Positions 25,286 to 37,404 of a stretch of 64,000 nt of DNA are shown here, one piece after another. Each line of letters begins with the position of its first letter. Position 1 is the stretch's first letter. Under the pieces are notes generated by a model. It ran no database searches. It saw only the letters and a program-made list of their open reading frames with translations, and was not told the origin of the DNA. The stretch comes from Phallusia mammillata (lineage: Eukaryota). The position numbers were made by a program, and so were the translations under genes. Location of the stretch: assembly GCA_965637545.1 (NCBI GenBank), contig OZ281496.1:10230001-10294000 (forward strand), written 5' to 3'.

Positions 25286-28257
25286 TTAAAATCCCTTACT
25301 TCTGAAAATAACAGTGTTGAAAACAATAGCAAAGAATCCAGCACCAGTAGAGCACCATGCGATGATAAAGCTGTGTCCCCAGTATGCTGCGGTTGTCTGG
25401 ATACGTGATGAGTACTCGGCAGTGTAGGCTATGCACCCAGCCAGATTTAAACACCCTGTATAAAAAATAGTTGTATTGTTAAAGGGGAAATACCACTTTG
25501 GGGTTGTGTTTACGCAGCAATTGTAAAAGCAATAAAACCACACAGCGCGCGTTTTACGTGGTTTGCTGGGTAATAAACCTAGGCGAGTGTGCTTTAAACA
25601 TATTGACGGTTATTGGAAAGGCCCAACAATACCCTACAATAAAATTTTCCACAGTTTGCTTAGCAAAATGCGAAATGAGCAAACGACGAATTGCAAATGT
25701 GCAAAACAACGCTAGAACATTGTTTTTATGTTTTTTGTAACAAAAATCAGACCAAAAAATAGTACGTCAGGCTAATCGAATGCGGCATACTGAATTAGCC
25801 GGTCATTAAGCATTTCAATATGGCAAGGCGTAGGTTAGAACAAACTAGCCAGCGGTGGGATTGAAATCTACGACAAGAGCCTTTTCAGGACTCACGCTCT
25901 ACCAACTGAGCTACACAGGCTGAGCGGTAAGCACATTAAAAGTGGAATCACATGCACCGTTGCCTGCCTCATATGCTGCATATATCAGCTCCGCAGTAGG
26001 GTATTGCCAGGCTGACCAATAATCAAACCCACATGAAACATTTAAGTTGCATATTGATTTTGTTTCACATTTTTCGTACTTTTGTCGCGATCGAAACATT
26101 TAGCTTTTTAATGTTCTGCAAACCTGAATAGCTTTAAAAAGCTCCAGTAATCTTAGGGTTTGGACGCGTTCGAAACAAAGAAATACAACTGCTTGTGACT
26201 GTTTTAGTGCATTTGTGTCGCTATGTGTTATTTCGTCAAGCGCAAAAACTCCACCCTACAACTCAATGTAACTTACAAGATATGACGGAAAACACAAGAA
26301 TGACCAATCTCATGGTTTTATTCTCCTTGAAGAACTTGAGAAAAGACCCGACAAAAGCGCCGCACCACGTGAAGATTGAGATGCAGATGAAGGCAATGGT
26401 GATGTTCGTTAAAACTGTAAAACATAATATCAAAGCAATTTATGAAGTATAGAACCAAAAACAAATGCTACTTTTGTATATAGCAACAGTAACGAATCTA
26501 TGCACAAAGTTTAATCATAAGGCATAAATTGGACATTAGTTGCAGAAATTTAGACATTCTCTCCTAAAAATTATCGTATTTTTGTGCAAGTTTATTCGTA
26601 ACAACATTTACAGTTTTTCCATTTGGAATGCGTCGTTTAAACGCAATGATTTTCCACCATCAGTGCGTACAACCATTGATGCACCAAATCAGTTTTTTTT
26701 AGGTTCTGTCCGAAACCGAATATTCAAGAGTTTTACACAAGCACTTCCGCCGAATAAACCGAATCGTTTAAGGCGGTACGCGAAGCAGAAAGCTATTCTT
26801 TTGACATAAACACATGAGGTTTGCTGCCGGGTAAGCGTTAGTATTGCCACAACATTATAATCTTAAATCTAAATATTTTAATGCTGTCTCGCCCGTTGTT
26901 GCCTGCTTGCAAAAAGAGTTACCGATGTTTTGTGAGTAGTGTACTAAACGATAACGCTTTAAAAAATATACTAGTTGGCGCGATATTAGTTTTTGTGTAG
27001 GTTGGAAGGTTCTATTTTAAAATGTTTCTCTGTTAAGTAGTGACCAGCGTGTATTTTTTGTGCAATTTTAATCACATGATAATTGGAGGGAAATTTGCCA
27101 TTGTCAAGGATTGTGTTTATGTTATACGCAATAACATTTTTGTACTATCCGTTCATAATCTTTTGTACAAGGGGTTGTTATACAGGAGTGACTCCAAAAG
27201 TGAGCAAAACATGTACTCTCAGTTTCGGTACAGCAAACTTACACAAGGCCGATATGTTTGGTTATCGTGCTTATGTAAATATTAGAGCAAGTTGTTCAAA
27301 GCCCGACCCTTGTCTAACACATGAGGTAGCCAGTTCGGCCTGACATTATAGGGGAACTTCCATTAGGTGAACAACGTTTTACTACAAACTGATATTTCCT
27401 GACACGAAGATTAGTGAATAGGGCAGTAAATAGTTTGGCTGAAGTAAACCGAAAGTAGATTTGCCGTTTGAAATAAATTTTATGTTTTTCCAATGCAAGG
27501 GGTGTGCAGTGTGCAGTCTTTTCACTGTGAGGCCAATTACAATCACCATAATTAGATGGGCCGCCCCACCTTTATACAACACAAGGGGATTTTACTTTGT
27601 TGCATACCAAATATGCCTATATTGAGTTGAAAAGTAAAATTCGCATTTGATTCTAGCCGCATTATTGTCAGGTCACAGAAAAAAAACACCGGGCGCATTA
27701 ATCTGCTCAAAAATATTTAAAAATTGGACTCGTTTTCAGTAGATTTGAAATCCAAGCATCTCTGCTGGCCGCACAACCTTCAATCAATGGGCCGCACTTA
27801 GCCCGCGGGCCGCAGTCTGCACACGCCTATTTTAAAGATATGCCATTATCCTTTTGAAGGCGTCTCGTATAGGACGTCGAAACGACGCTCTATGGAAGTT
27901 GCGTTTTAAATTCTTACTTTAGACTCCTAATTGACACGTATGAAATACTTTGACAAGACTATTGTCATTACAGTAGTAGTAAAAAAAATAACAACAACGT
28001 TTTTATGAAACCTTATTTTTGACACACGCAGCATTGGATAGAAAATTCACTTGTCTTTAATTCCCTTCAATATTAATAACGATTTTGAACTTACCAGGCA
28101 CTTCGTGAAACAAACACGTTCCATTGATACAGTACTCGAAAAGTCCATATTTCACACCGTCTTCAACAATCCACGAGTTAGAGTCTGTCGCTACAATTGC
28201 AAACGCAAGCGCAGCTAGAACAAAAGATGTTGCGACTACATTGATTGTACGATACAT
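25286..28257 (-). CDS. Claudin/PMP22/EMP-superfamily tetraspan protein, 3 exons, 156 aa
   Basis: Exons 28257-28095 (163 nt), 26414-26277 (138 nt) and 25455-25286 (170 nt) join in phase with GT-AG introns. Product: MYRTINVVATSFVLAALAFAIVATDSNSWIVEDGVKYGLFEYCINGTCLFHEVPVLTNITIAFICISIFTWCGAFVGSFLKFFKENKTMRLVILVFSVISWCLNLAGCIAYTAEYSSRIQTTAAYWGHSFIIAWCSTGAGFFAIVFNTVIFRSKGF*. Has the W-GLF-C-C signature and G.SF..AW in TM4. Confidence 0.88.
25847..25920 (-). tRNA. tRNA-like cloverleaf with GAA (Phe) loop, probably a pseudogene or SINE head (family T1)
   Basis: GCCTGTG TA GCTC AGTTGGTA GAGC GT GAGTC CTGAAAA GGCTC TTGTC GTAGA TTTCAAT CCCAC CGCTGGC. T-arm is mismatched and there is an extra base before the anticodon stem. 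Flanks are shared with other copies. Confidence 0.5.
27840..27890 (+). ncRNA. Degenerate hammerhead-like motif, Penelope pLTR fragment (family A)
   Basis: GCCATTATC CTTTTGA AGGCGTCTCGTATAGGACGTC GAAAC. The core CTGATGA is mutated. Confidence 0.5.
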
Positions 28258-28449
28258 TGTGTGTTTAAAATTGTGTATCTGAAAAAAAAGCAATTGTGTA
28301 TCAAATATATGATATAAATCTGCATCACGTCTATTTATAGGTTATTGCTTGAAATCAGTGTCAGATATTATTTAACTTGGCAGCAGCATTTTGCAATCAA
28401 ACTGACGCCACTGTTGCATGTAATTTTACTTGATTTAAGTCAAATACGC

Positions 28450-28725
28450 GTAGCTATCGACAAGTTACCGAGAAAAACAACTACTCAACTCAAACCTAAA
28501 CAGCCTTAGATTTCAGCACTGCCCAAACACCCTTCGCTCAAAGCAGTAAAACACAAAAAGTATGTGGTTTCGTTTAAGTAACTATCGACAAAACTTGACT
28601 AGGGTCATTAAGCAACTCAAATCTGAATAGTTACATTGGATCACAGCACTGCTAAAACACCCTTCGTTCAACGCAATAAAACACACGTAATATATGGTTT
28701 CATGTACTTAACCATCGATAAAGCC
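28450..28725. repeat. Tandem duplication, ~130 bp x2
   Basis: CTATCGACAA...CAACTCAAA...CAGCACTGC..AAACACCCTTCG.TCAA repeated twice. Confidence 0.65.
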
Positions 28726-30164
28726 TAAGTGTTTGTTTTAGAAGCTATAAGTGTGTCATGTAAAGTTAACCTTATTTGAACGAGTTCAAAATTTAGCAGG
28801 GCGTATTTCCAAGGAACATTTTTATCTATTGCTTTGGTATCTCACCACATTTTAATGTCACCAAATTATTGTTTTATCATAAAAGTCCAGAGTTCCGCTT
28901 TTAGCGCATTTTTACCATCTATCTGCATTCCAAGCTGTTGTGATTCATGTGTACCCTTTTTGAATTACCAGTGACATACCCTTAATAGAACACATTTATG
29001 CACTAGCTAACACGCAAATGTCGTGGTAAGTTCTAACTTAAACGCATTTTAAGTTTCATTGTGTAAATATGTCTCTTCAAAAATGTTTAGAAGTTTGCAC
29101 TACATACAAACACTCTGATTTTATATTAAAGGATAGAGACATTGTATTTGTAAGTAAGCTGTAGACAGTGCACACTGTCGACCTACATTATCTTATGTAT
29201 ACAGCTGGTGACAAGACATTGACCCTATTTTCAAAGTACCACTCCGTTTTCGAGAGTTGTAAAGGGGCTCGAAATTCGAGTTGGTACGGCCTGAACCCGA
29301 AAGTATAAGCCCGAACCCGAATCGTTTTCAAAAAGCCCGTTTAGGCCCGAATGTTTGATTAATAGTTCTGTAACAAAGAAGACATACACATTGGATGATA
29401 ATGTACAATGGCCTAAACATGCATTTTACGGCTCTTGGACATTAGGTGTAGTCCAGCAACTAGCTACTCAGCTATGCAATTTAGACTCAAACAATTACGG
29501 ACATAGAATGTGAAGCTAGGCCAAAATCAAGCCCGCTTATTAAAAAATATGCGCTTAAGAGATCAACAATGTAGGAAGTGTAATAAATTCAGGTAATATA
29601 CTGTAAATATTAAATACTACCAAACAGTTAGCTGACAAATCAATGCATTTATTCCTGAAATCTACCGCTGAGCAGTTAACCCGATAGGAAATTCCTGGAA
29701 AACCCCACTAAGTCTGACCTCTAAAGTGTGCCCGGCATAATGTCATTTGAAGTGTGCCGATAACGCGTGATAACATTCCATTCTTTCGTCTGACGTCATA
29801 CTTGACGTAATACTGTTTACCTACATGGCGACAATCTTGCCTGCTTGCCAGCTCCCGTCACGCAACGCTTTGTAATTACGGTCTTGAAAGCTATCTTGAA
29901 AAAATAATTGTGCCCTCTACTTTTGTACGGCTATGTTTCGTTTACCAAGAAAAATATACTTAACTCAACAGAAAAAAAGCACTATACGTATATTTCCTAG
30001 TGTTGGTTCCAAAATGTACACATACTTTCTTTGTGTCTGTTCGATTTGATTAAATTTCGACTGTTTAACCTTATCCTAATATGTCAAAGCCAGACGAAGC
30101 TATTTGAAGTACCCTAGATTTCATACGACTGGAGCAGTATTAAGCAAAGTGAATGCCTGTAATA

Positions 30165-30490
30165 AGCAGTGGTGCTAGGGGCGGTTTTCCTGTCAAATTG
30201 AACTGGTTTCAGATGTCGAGTTGCGGGTTGCTATCACTGCTTGCAGGTTGCGTTTTATCATGCGGGTTGCAATAAACTTTAATATTTTACGACCTTTTTG
30301 CATTAATGCGTCTTTGCAAGTGTTGAAATCTCAGTAAAATTTGTTTAGTATTGGCCAAATTTTTATTAATTCTTGCGATTTTCGAACAAGTTTTGACAAG
30401 CATGACATCTCAGAACTTGTCCTAACAACACCACATAAACATTTATGGTTTCAATGCCCCTATTTAACGACAGTGACTTCAAGGTAGGTT
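30165..30490. repeat. Dispersed repeat, second copy at ~38695-39040
   Basis: AAGCAGTG.TGCTA.GG...GTCGAGTTGCGG.TT.CTATCACT.CTTGCAG.TTGCGTTTTAT...TTGAAATCTCAGT.AAA...CACCACAT.AACAT.TATG.TTTCAATGC shared by both copies. Confidence 0.7.
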
Positions 30491-31679
30491 AGTGATGACA
30501 ATGTTTGTCATCACCTCTGTGTTGTACCGCAGTGTTAACTTAGATACAATCCAGATAGAGTAACACTGATGTTTATGTGTTCACCAAACTTAAATACAAT
30601 CGTCAGGATGAAAGAGTGGTTAGCGCAATCAACTTATGTTCGCAAGGTTGTAGTTTTGAATCCTATCTTTTTCCTTTTGTGTTTTTTTTTCAGAGCAAGA
30701 AGCTTGAGCTTGCTCTCTCCCAATGTTCACTAACTTGGGTAACCGACCGCCCAAGCCAAAATCAAATTGCAATATCGCCAATCTGGCATGTTCTGTTGAT
30801 GAATCGCGATGAACTGTTTGAAGTATTTGTTTTCGGTGTTCTGTTTTAAAATGTAGATTGAACCAGCGAAGATTTTTTGTGTTACATATTGGTGGGCGGG
30901 TAAACCCTGAATTCGTTATGCTTTTAAATAAGCTGCCTGTTTGATTCAAATACAACGAATATTACTAGTTTTATTTATTTCATGTAATGTGAGAACCTTC
31001 ATTTGACACTGGTTTTGAATAATGCCGCAATAGTTTCATGCTCATGAAAACAGAAATAGTGTAACAAGATTTACATTCTTCCGAAGGCAAGACCGTGGTG
31101 TCACCCTTCTGCCATTTTGACGAAATTCAAATATATATATATATGAGTTTTGGGCATTTGACTTGACTTTGTTTAGTTTTACACTTCACTGTCTAGCGGT
31201 CACAGATTTGCTATTTTACGTCCACGAGGTGTCGTATAGAAACGGTTCTTGTCATTCTCTACTGTGTGTGTGTTTTTTTTTAAATAAAAGTAAAACGGGG
31301 ATGCACATAGTCTGATAATATGAAACGCTTGACACGTATGACAACTTAAAAATGCATTCAAAACTTCCTTTAAAACAAAGTACAATGTTAGCATCTTTTG
31401 ATGATTGCATATTGCACAAACAGCACGCTACCAAATATATCCAAATGTTATTCTACATAATATGGAAAACACATTGCATAGATAAAATTACTCTTTGGAG
31501 CAGGCCAATATGAACATAATAATATTAGTAGAGTTTCTTTAATGTGCTTCATCATGTGGGTGTGTAAACATCCACCTTTGAGCAAATGTTATTCAGCAAA
31601 GAACACCTTGGTTTGTGTCAAAATGGTCTGTTTATTGAAACGCAATGTCAATGTTCCACTTTGGACACTGCTTCTTTTT

Positions 31680-32335
31680 CATCATCATCATCATTTTTCT
31701 GTCCTGCTTAATCCCTAATTGAGGGTCGCCGGGGCAGCAGCTCAAGATTGAGCCTCCTCACTTCACGGTCTTCCACCACTTCCTTCAGTTCATTTAGATG
31801 AAGTCCCAAACGATTCCAGGTTAAACTTTCAACTTGACCGAGCCATCGAGTTCGAGGTCGTCCAGTGGACCGCTTCTCTTTTGATTTTGCCAACAAAGAT
31901 TGTTTGGGAAGGCTTTCCTTAGGCATTCAGCTAACATGGCTAAACCAACTCAGCTGGGATCTTTCGATTCGGAGAAGTAGAGCATCGACGTTCAGGGATT
32001 CGTGGATTTCAGAGCTACGTACTTTGTCAAGTAAAGTAACCCCTTCCACCCTACGCAAAAACCTCCTTTCAGACGCTTGTACTTGTGATCGCACCTTCTC
32101 GGTCATTATCCACGACTCATGACCATAAGTAAGAATGGAAATGAAAATGGTTCTAAATACCGCCATCTTTGCCTTCTTCGACAATCCTCGCTTCCTGACA
32201 ACCGAAAGCTGCAATGCTTTCATCACAGAGCTTGCTTTCCCAGTTCTGACATCAATTTCCGTGTCTTGTTTCCCATCACTTGTAAATGTGACGAGATGTT
32301 GAAACTACTCCACCTGTTTCACTGAAACTCCATCT
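31680..32335 (-). mobile_element. 5'-truncated RTE-clade non-LTR retrotransposon
   Basis: VKQVE*F...SDGKQDTEIDVRTGKASSVM; ILTYGHESW; ERRFLRR..GVTLLDKVRS; QLSWF.HV; RSTGRPRTRW. The 3' tail is a (TGA)n repeat. In-frame stops present. Confidence 0.85.
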
Positions 32336-32491
32336 ATTACTTCTTTTTCAAATATCTCATCCATGCATCTATGAGCTTTTTAATGTTGTGAAAAATGTTG
32401 AATCAAACTGTCTTTCCAAATGGGCACTTCTGCGAGAGGTTTTTCTCTGTAACACTCGACCGCAGCAAAATGTTTTTTTTTTCACAAAACA

Positions 32492-33109
32492 TCACATCGA
32501 TGAGAGGTCACATTTTTTATGAGTCAACACGTGTCTTTTCAATGTTCCACTTTGGGTAAATCTTTTCTCACAAATATCACACCGATGTCGTTTCTCATTA
32601 GTGTGAATCAACATGTGTATTTTCAAACACTTACCTCGGCTAAATCTTTTTTCACATACATTACATTGAGCAGGTTCTTTATTTTTGTGAGCCCACATGT
32701 GTTTGTTCAAATTCTCCAACTGGGCAAATCGTTTTTCACAAACATAACATCGATGAGGTTTTTCATCAGTGTGTGTCAACATATGTCTTTTCAAACTTCC
32801 ATTTTGGGCAAAGCTTCTGTTACAAACAACGCATTGATAAGGTTTATCTTTGGTGTGAGTCAACATGTGTCTGTTTAATGTAGCAACTTGACGAAATTGT
32901 TTTTCACAAAGGTCACATCTATAAGGTTTCTCATTAGTGTGAATCAACACGTGATTTCCTAAAGCTCCTGTCCGTTTGAAGCTTTTTCCACAAGCATCAC
33001 ACCGATAGGGCTTTTGATTGGTGTGAATCAACATATGTCTGTTCAAAGTTCCAATTTGAGTAAAAGTTTTTTCACAAACATCACATCGATGGGTTTTCTT
33101 GTTTGTCAT
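32492..33109 (-). CDS. C2H2 zinc-finger protein, 7 tandem fingers, no KRAB/effector domain
   Basis: 7 x C-x2-C-x12-H-x3-H with TNEKP-type linkers. Splice acceptor TTTTTTCCCAG at ~33160 upstream. A degenerate 8th finger follows the stop. Confidence 0.85.
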   Translation of the reverse strand: MTNKKTHRCDVCEKTFTQIGTLNRHMLIHTNQKPYRCDACGKSFKRTGALGNHVLIHTNEKPYRCDLCEKQFRQVATLNRHMLTHTKDKPYQCVVCNRSFAQNGSLKRHMLTHTDEKPHRCYVCEKRFAQLENLNKHMWAHKNKEPAQCNVCEKRFSRGKCLKIHMLIHTNEKRHRCDICEKRFTQSGTLKRHVLTHKKCDLSSM

Positions 33110-33431
33110 ATTATTTTAATCATAGAGCAATGTGCAAAAGAGATCTAGAGGATAATCTGGGAAAAAATGAAAGGTTAGTTTTTATTCATGCACACAGGGT
33201 GTATGTATCTGCATTTAGCAATAAATTTTTTCAAGAAATGTCTTTGCAAAAAAAAAACACTTTTAAAGTTTTTTTTTTTTAAAACACTTTTTCTCCAACT
33301 TATGCACAACCTTTGAGTACAACAAATGTACATATAAATGTACATTTAACTGTCAGAATATTTGAATAAGCTATTGCTGCCAGACATAACATATAACCGT
33401 GTATTGCTCAGCAAGCAGTTTTGTTATATAT

Positions 33432-33480
33432 AATCGACGTTTCGACACCCTATTCAAGACGTCTTCATTAGGACAATGGC
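33432..33480 (-). ncRNA. Minimal hammerhead-like motif (family A, CTAATGA variant)
   Basis: TTGTC CTAATGA AGACGTCTTGAATAGGGTGTC GAAAC GTC GATTA. Confidence 0.55.
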
Positions 33481-34231
33481 ATACCTTGCAAAAAATATTT
33501 CTTATAAAGCGACGAATTTCAATCAACCACACGTATAAACAGCGATAACAAGATTGTGCGGCTGCAAACTCGCACCAACGTATTGATAAAACAAGCTCAG
33601 AGATGTAAAAGCGGCCGGATAATTAATCGGTATTAGAACACCTTTTTTTACGTTCATTATGTTAGCGCAGGAATGGATGTTCCAAGACTGTAGGAAACTT
33701 CGCTTGTGGTAATCAGTATCACTTGAGCAGTGGTCAACATACGGCGGATTAAATCTGTTAACCTTGGTATGTAAGGTAAGGTGACGAAGACACGTTCTTT
33801 GTACTGGATCTGTTTCCGTGTAATCTTTTATGATTACGGAGAATCTAGTTCTAGTAGCCATTTAACCGCAGGGCCTCATTTACCCTTTGCGATTCCGTTT
33901 GAAGCATTGCCAGGTCTGTCATCAAGCGTCTGTCCTGATCGTTAAGTGCTTTGACAACAGCTCCTTTATAGTTGATGGTGGGACGTGAAGTGTAAATAGC
34001 TTTGTTGGACACACACGTGAAAAGTTTACCATCCGCCGCTTTTAAAATCTCCACATCTATGAAGGTAAACTGGTACCTTTCCGAAAAATTATCGCCCGCT
34101 TTTACACCATTGAGCTTGTTCTATCACTACGTTGGTGCGAGTTTGCAGCCGCGCGATCTTGTTATCGCTGTTTTATGTGTGTGGTTGGTGTGAATTTGTC
34201 GCTTTATAGGAAATTTATCTTGCAAGATATG

Positions 34232-34280
34232 CCATTATCCTGATGAAGGCGTCTTGTATAAGACGTCGAAACGTCAATTA
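34232..34280 (+). ncRNA. Minimal type I hammerhead ribozyme motif (family A, intact core)
   Basis: CTGATGA (34240-34246), stem II GGCGTCT/AGACGTC, GAAA (34268-34271), palindromic ACGT stem III, predicted cleavage triplet GTC. Confidence 0.68.
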
Positions 34281-34599
34281 TTTCTATGAAACTGCTGAAA
34301 GAATTATTCTCGGCTATACTCGTATATTATGCCTTTCAGTAAGAGCTTATTTACTATTCATTCTATGTTAGGGCTCGATAGGCTGCAAAATCTAATACAA
34401 CGCTTGTCTAAAGTTTCATAAAAAAAACAGTGGTATTTCAGCATGTGTTACGTCGAATATGAACTAACATAGTAAACAAAACCGAACACACTAGCTTTAC
34501 CTCGCTACAAAAGCATAACCTTAACTAGGCTACAAAGAACAGCTGTTATGCATACGCAGAGAAACAGTAACCAGTTGTGCAGTTGCTACACCAGACATC

Positions 34600-34725
34600 C
34601 TTACGTTCGCGTATCACAGGAAGTAATTAATCAGAGCAGTCAGGGCGCAATGCTGCATAGCTAGACATGCCACATTTTTTCTACCGAAAATCGTGACGGT
34701 ATTTGTTTATTGGTGCAAAGATGGC
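34600..34725 (-). promoter_or_regulatory. Putative promoter/non-coding first exon of the ZNF at 32492-33109
   Basis: Donor GTAAGG at ~34603, ETS-like CAGGAAGT (34617-34624) and YY1-like AAGATGGC (34718-34725). The ETS- and YY1-like motifs recur at 37360-37367 and 37947-37954 upstream of the next ZNF. Confidence 0.45.
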
Positions 34726-35312
34726 AGCACAAGATATGGTGCGACATAATCAACAAAAAGAACGTATAACATAAGGTACGATGCTACGCTTTCCAATTTG
34801 GAACATACCACTCTGCAAACATTCTTTAAAAATGTATATGAAGGTTAAAACATTACAATAACGTTAAAGGTCGTATTTGCATTTAATTTAGAACATAATA
34901 ACAATAATTTAAATAGTTTTTAAATATCAAGGGAAATTAAGGACATTTCAGAGTTGCGCAGCTATTTTCGACTTGGTGATTGTTTATTATTATTTCGCTT
35001 TGTTTAAAATATTTTCGCTAAGTTTTTTTTTCATCATGCAAACAAACTCAACTCAAATGATCCTTCTTTTTTCCTGTTAAAGTAAACTTGAATAATACGA
35101 TAGAAAATTCTTTATTAAACTACTTTTATACAGTTGCCGCTTTGAAATTAATTAATCATACAAATGTTACATTAATGGCATTTCTCACTAATGCATGCTA
35201 TCATGTTAAATTTCAATGTTTCACTTTGGACCAAAGATGACATCTTCTTGGTTTCTCATTGTTGTGAATCAACATGTGCTCTCCAATTCAATCTTTTCTC
35301 ACATATATCACA

Positions 35313-36155
35313 TTAACGGCATTTCTTAGCAGTATGAGTCGACATGTGTCTTTTCAAATGTTCATTTCGCCGAAAGCGTTTATCACAGACAACACAATGA
35401 AAACGTTTCTCATTGGTGTGAGTCAACATGTGTTTGTTTAAATACTCTAACTGGGCAAATCTTTTTTCACAAACATTACATCGATGAGACTTTGCATCAG
35501 TGTGTTTCAACATGTGTCTTTTCCATTTTTCACAAACTTTACATCTTTTAGGTTTATCATTAGTGTGAATCAACATGTGCCTTTGTAAATGTTTTCTTAG
35601 AGCAAGTCTCTTTTTACAAACATCACATCGATAAGGTTTTTAATTAGTATGAATCAACAAGTGTCGCTTCAAAGATGATGTCCATTTAAATCTTTTTTCA
35701 CAAACATTACACCGATGGCGTTTCCTATTAGTGTGAGTCAACATGTGTGTTTTCAAGTCTCCGGTTCGAGCAAATCTTTTTTCACAAACATCACATCGAT
35801 GAGGTTTATGTTTGGTGTGAGTTAACATGTGTATTTTCAAGTCTCCTCTTCCAGCAAATCTTTTTTCACAAATATCACATCGATGAGGTTTTTGATTAGT
35901 ATGAATCAATAGGTGTCGTTTTAAAGATGCTGCCCACTTGAATCTTTTCTCGCAAACATCACACCAAAAGGGTTTCTCATTAGTGTGGAGCAACATGTGT
36001 CTTTTCAAATGTTCAAACCGAGTGAATCTTTTTTCACAAACATCACACCGATGGCGTTTCCCGTTAGTGTGAATCAACATGTGTCTTTGCAAAGTTCCAC
36101 TTCGGCTTAAACTTTTTTCACAAACATCACATCGATGGAGTTTCTTATTTGCCAT
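35313..36155 (-). pseudogene. C2H2 zinc-finger gene with premature stop
   Basis: The 171-aa ORF (6 fingers) and ORF 35313-35576 are in the same frame. They are separated by a TAA at 35640-35642 in the linker TN*KP. One downstream finger is internally deleted. Confidence 0.82.
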
Positions 36156-36247
36156 ATTGCTTTACTGTTTTAAACACGGAGCAGCCTGCGAAACGGATCG
36201 AAACGAAAATCTTGGAAAATAAAAAGGATTTTTTTATTACCTTACAA

Positions 36248-36679
36248 CAGTGGTTCCCAACCTTTTTGTAGTCACGGACCACTTTTACAAATTTTATAGG
36301 TCCGCGTACCCCCAACGTAATTTTGTTTTATTTTTCGTTTCTGGCAGTATATGTTATTACTTTCGCTTTGGGGGCAGAATTGTAATCAACGTTCACAGTT
36401 CCTAAATCTCAATAAATTTATGTCTGTACCAGTCGATGTAACAAAGAAATAAATTTTCTGGAGTGCAACACTTGAAACAAAGCAGAATTAGTTCTGTTGT
36501 TTATGTGTGTTATGATGTCACAATGGAAGTAACAATCTCAAGTTTTCTTGATCCAAAGGTTTAATCTGTTAAAATCGGTTTAGAAACTTAAAAATATTGT
36601 ACTGTTGGTGAAAGGTACCAAGTACGTTTGCCTCCACGGACCCCTTAGGAGTCCACTTACCCCAGGTTGGGAACCACTG
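36248..36679. mobile_element. hAT MITE in the ZNF intron
   Basis: TIR CAGTGGTTCCCAACC / GGTTGGGAACCACTG. TSD CCTTACAA / CTTTACAA. Confidence 0.88.
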
Positions 36680-36904
36680 CTTTACAACGTGTGTGTAACT
36701 GCATTTAGCAGCATATTTAGGACAATACTTGTTGTTTTTAAAGAGGTTGTGCTACATGCAACATTTTTTAAACCGATAATATCTAAAGCACATGAGTTAT
36801 CGCAGATATAATTGATAATGCAAAAGCGTATTTGAGATATTACATACTTTGAAAACTGACCATTCTATATCAGTGAGTGATGCTGTTAAAGCTTTCAATA
36901 TTGA

Positions 36905-37025
36905 CGTTTTAACGTCCTTATGAAGGCGTCTAGCATGGGACGAAGAAACGTCGATTATTTGTAATAAACATGGTGTATGAGCAAACTTGCTGTATATTCA
37001 TTTTGCCTGGCAGCAACAGATTGTT
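36905..37025 (+). ncRNA. Penelope pLTR remnant with degenerate hammerhead (family A)
   Basis: GTC CTTATGA AGGCGTCTAGCATGGGACGAA GAAAC GTC GATTA. Downstream sequence is similar to 33360-33430 (reverse complement). Confidence 0.5.
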
Positions 37026-37404
37026 TGTCTATATTGGGACTCGGTAGACTACAAAGTCTAATACAACATTTGTTAACAGTTTTGAAAACATATAGGCCAC
37101 ACTCCGCTATCTGCATTCCTAATTCTCGGCATAGCAACGAATGCGATACAACATACCATAGCACAGGGGATACATTTAGATTGTGCGTTCTGAACAAACA
37201 CAAGCAAAATGGTCCGCACCAATCTATCTTTTTATCATTTACACTTGCTACTAAAAATCTAATATAACTAAGCTTATGAGACCAGCTGTTGCGGTTACAC
37301 GGAGAAATAGTAACTAGTTGTGCAGCTGCGACCTCCGCCTTTTGTACGTTCTCGTATCACAGGAAGTAATTGACCACATTGACAATAAAGCGGTCTGGGA
37401 CCAG

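Larger units (their letters stand above)
33360..34355 (-). mobile_element. Truncated Penelope-like retroelement with inverted pLTR
   Basis: Minus-strand RT-thumb remnant (DGKLFT...KGAVVKAL...RVNEALRLNGY) and GIY-YIG C-terminal remnant (KRSFLQSWNIH...MNVKKG..IP..Y). ~33360-33640 and ~34085-34355 are inverted copies, each with a hammerhead-like motif. Confidence 0.8.

Noticed and set aside
25847-25920. Functional tRNA-Phe(GAA) gene
   Set aside because: The T-stem has two mismatches, the T-loop is non-canonical, there is an extra base before the anticodon stem, and a sister copy has a different anticodon. Kept only as tRNA-like.
29690-29880. Promoter-like patch (TGACGTCA, ACATGGCG)
   Set aside because: No associated gene could be tied to it, and short motifs are expected by chance.
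32519-32878. Plus-strand 119-aa ORF, and similar ones at 55106-55538
   Set aside because: These are antisense translations of zinc-finger repeats.
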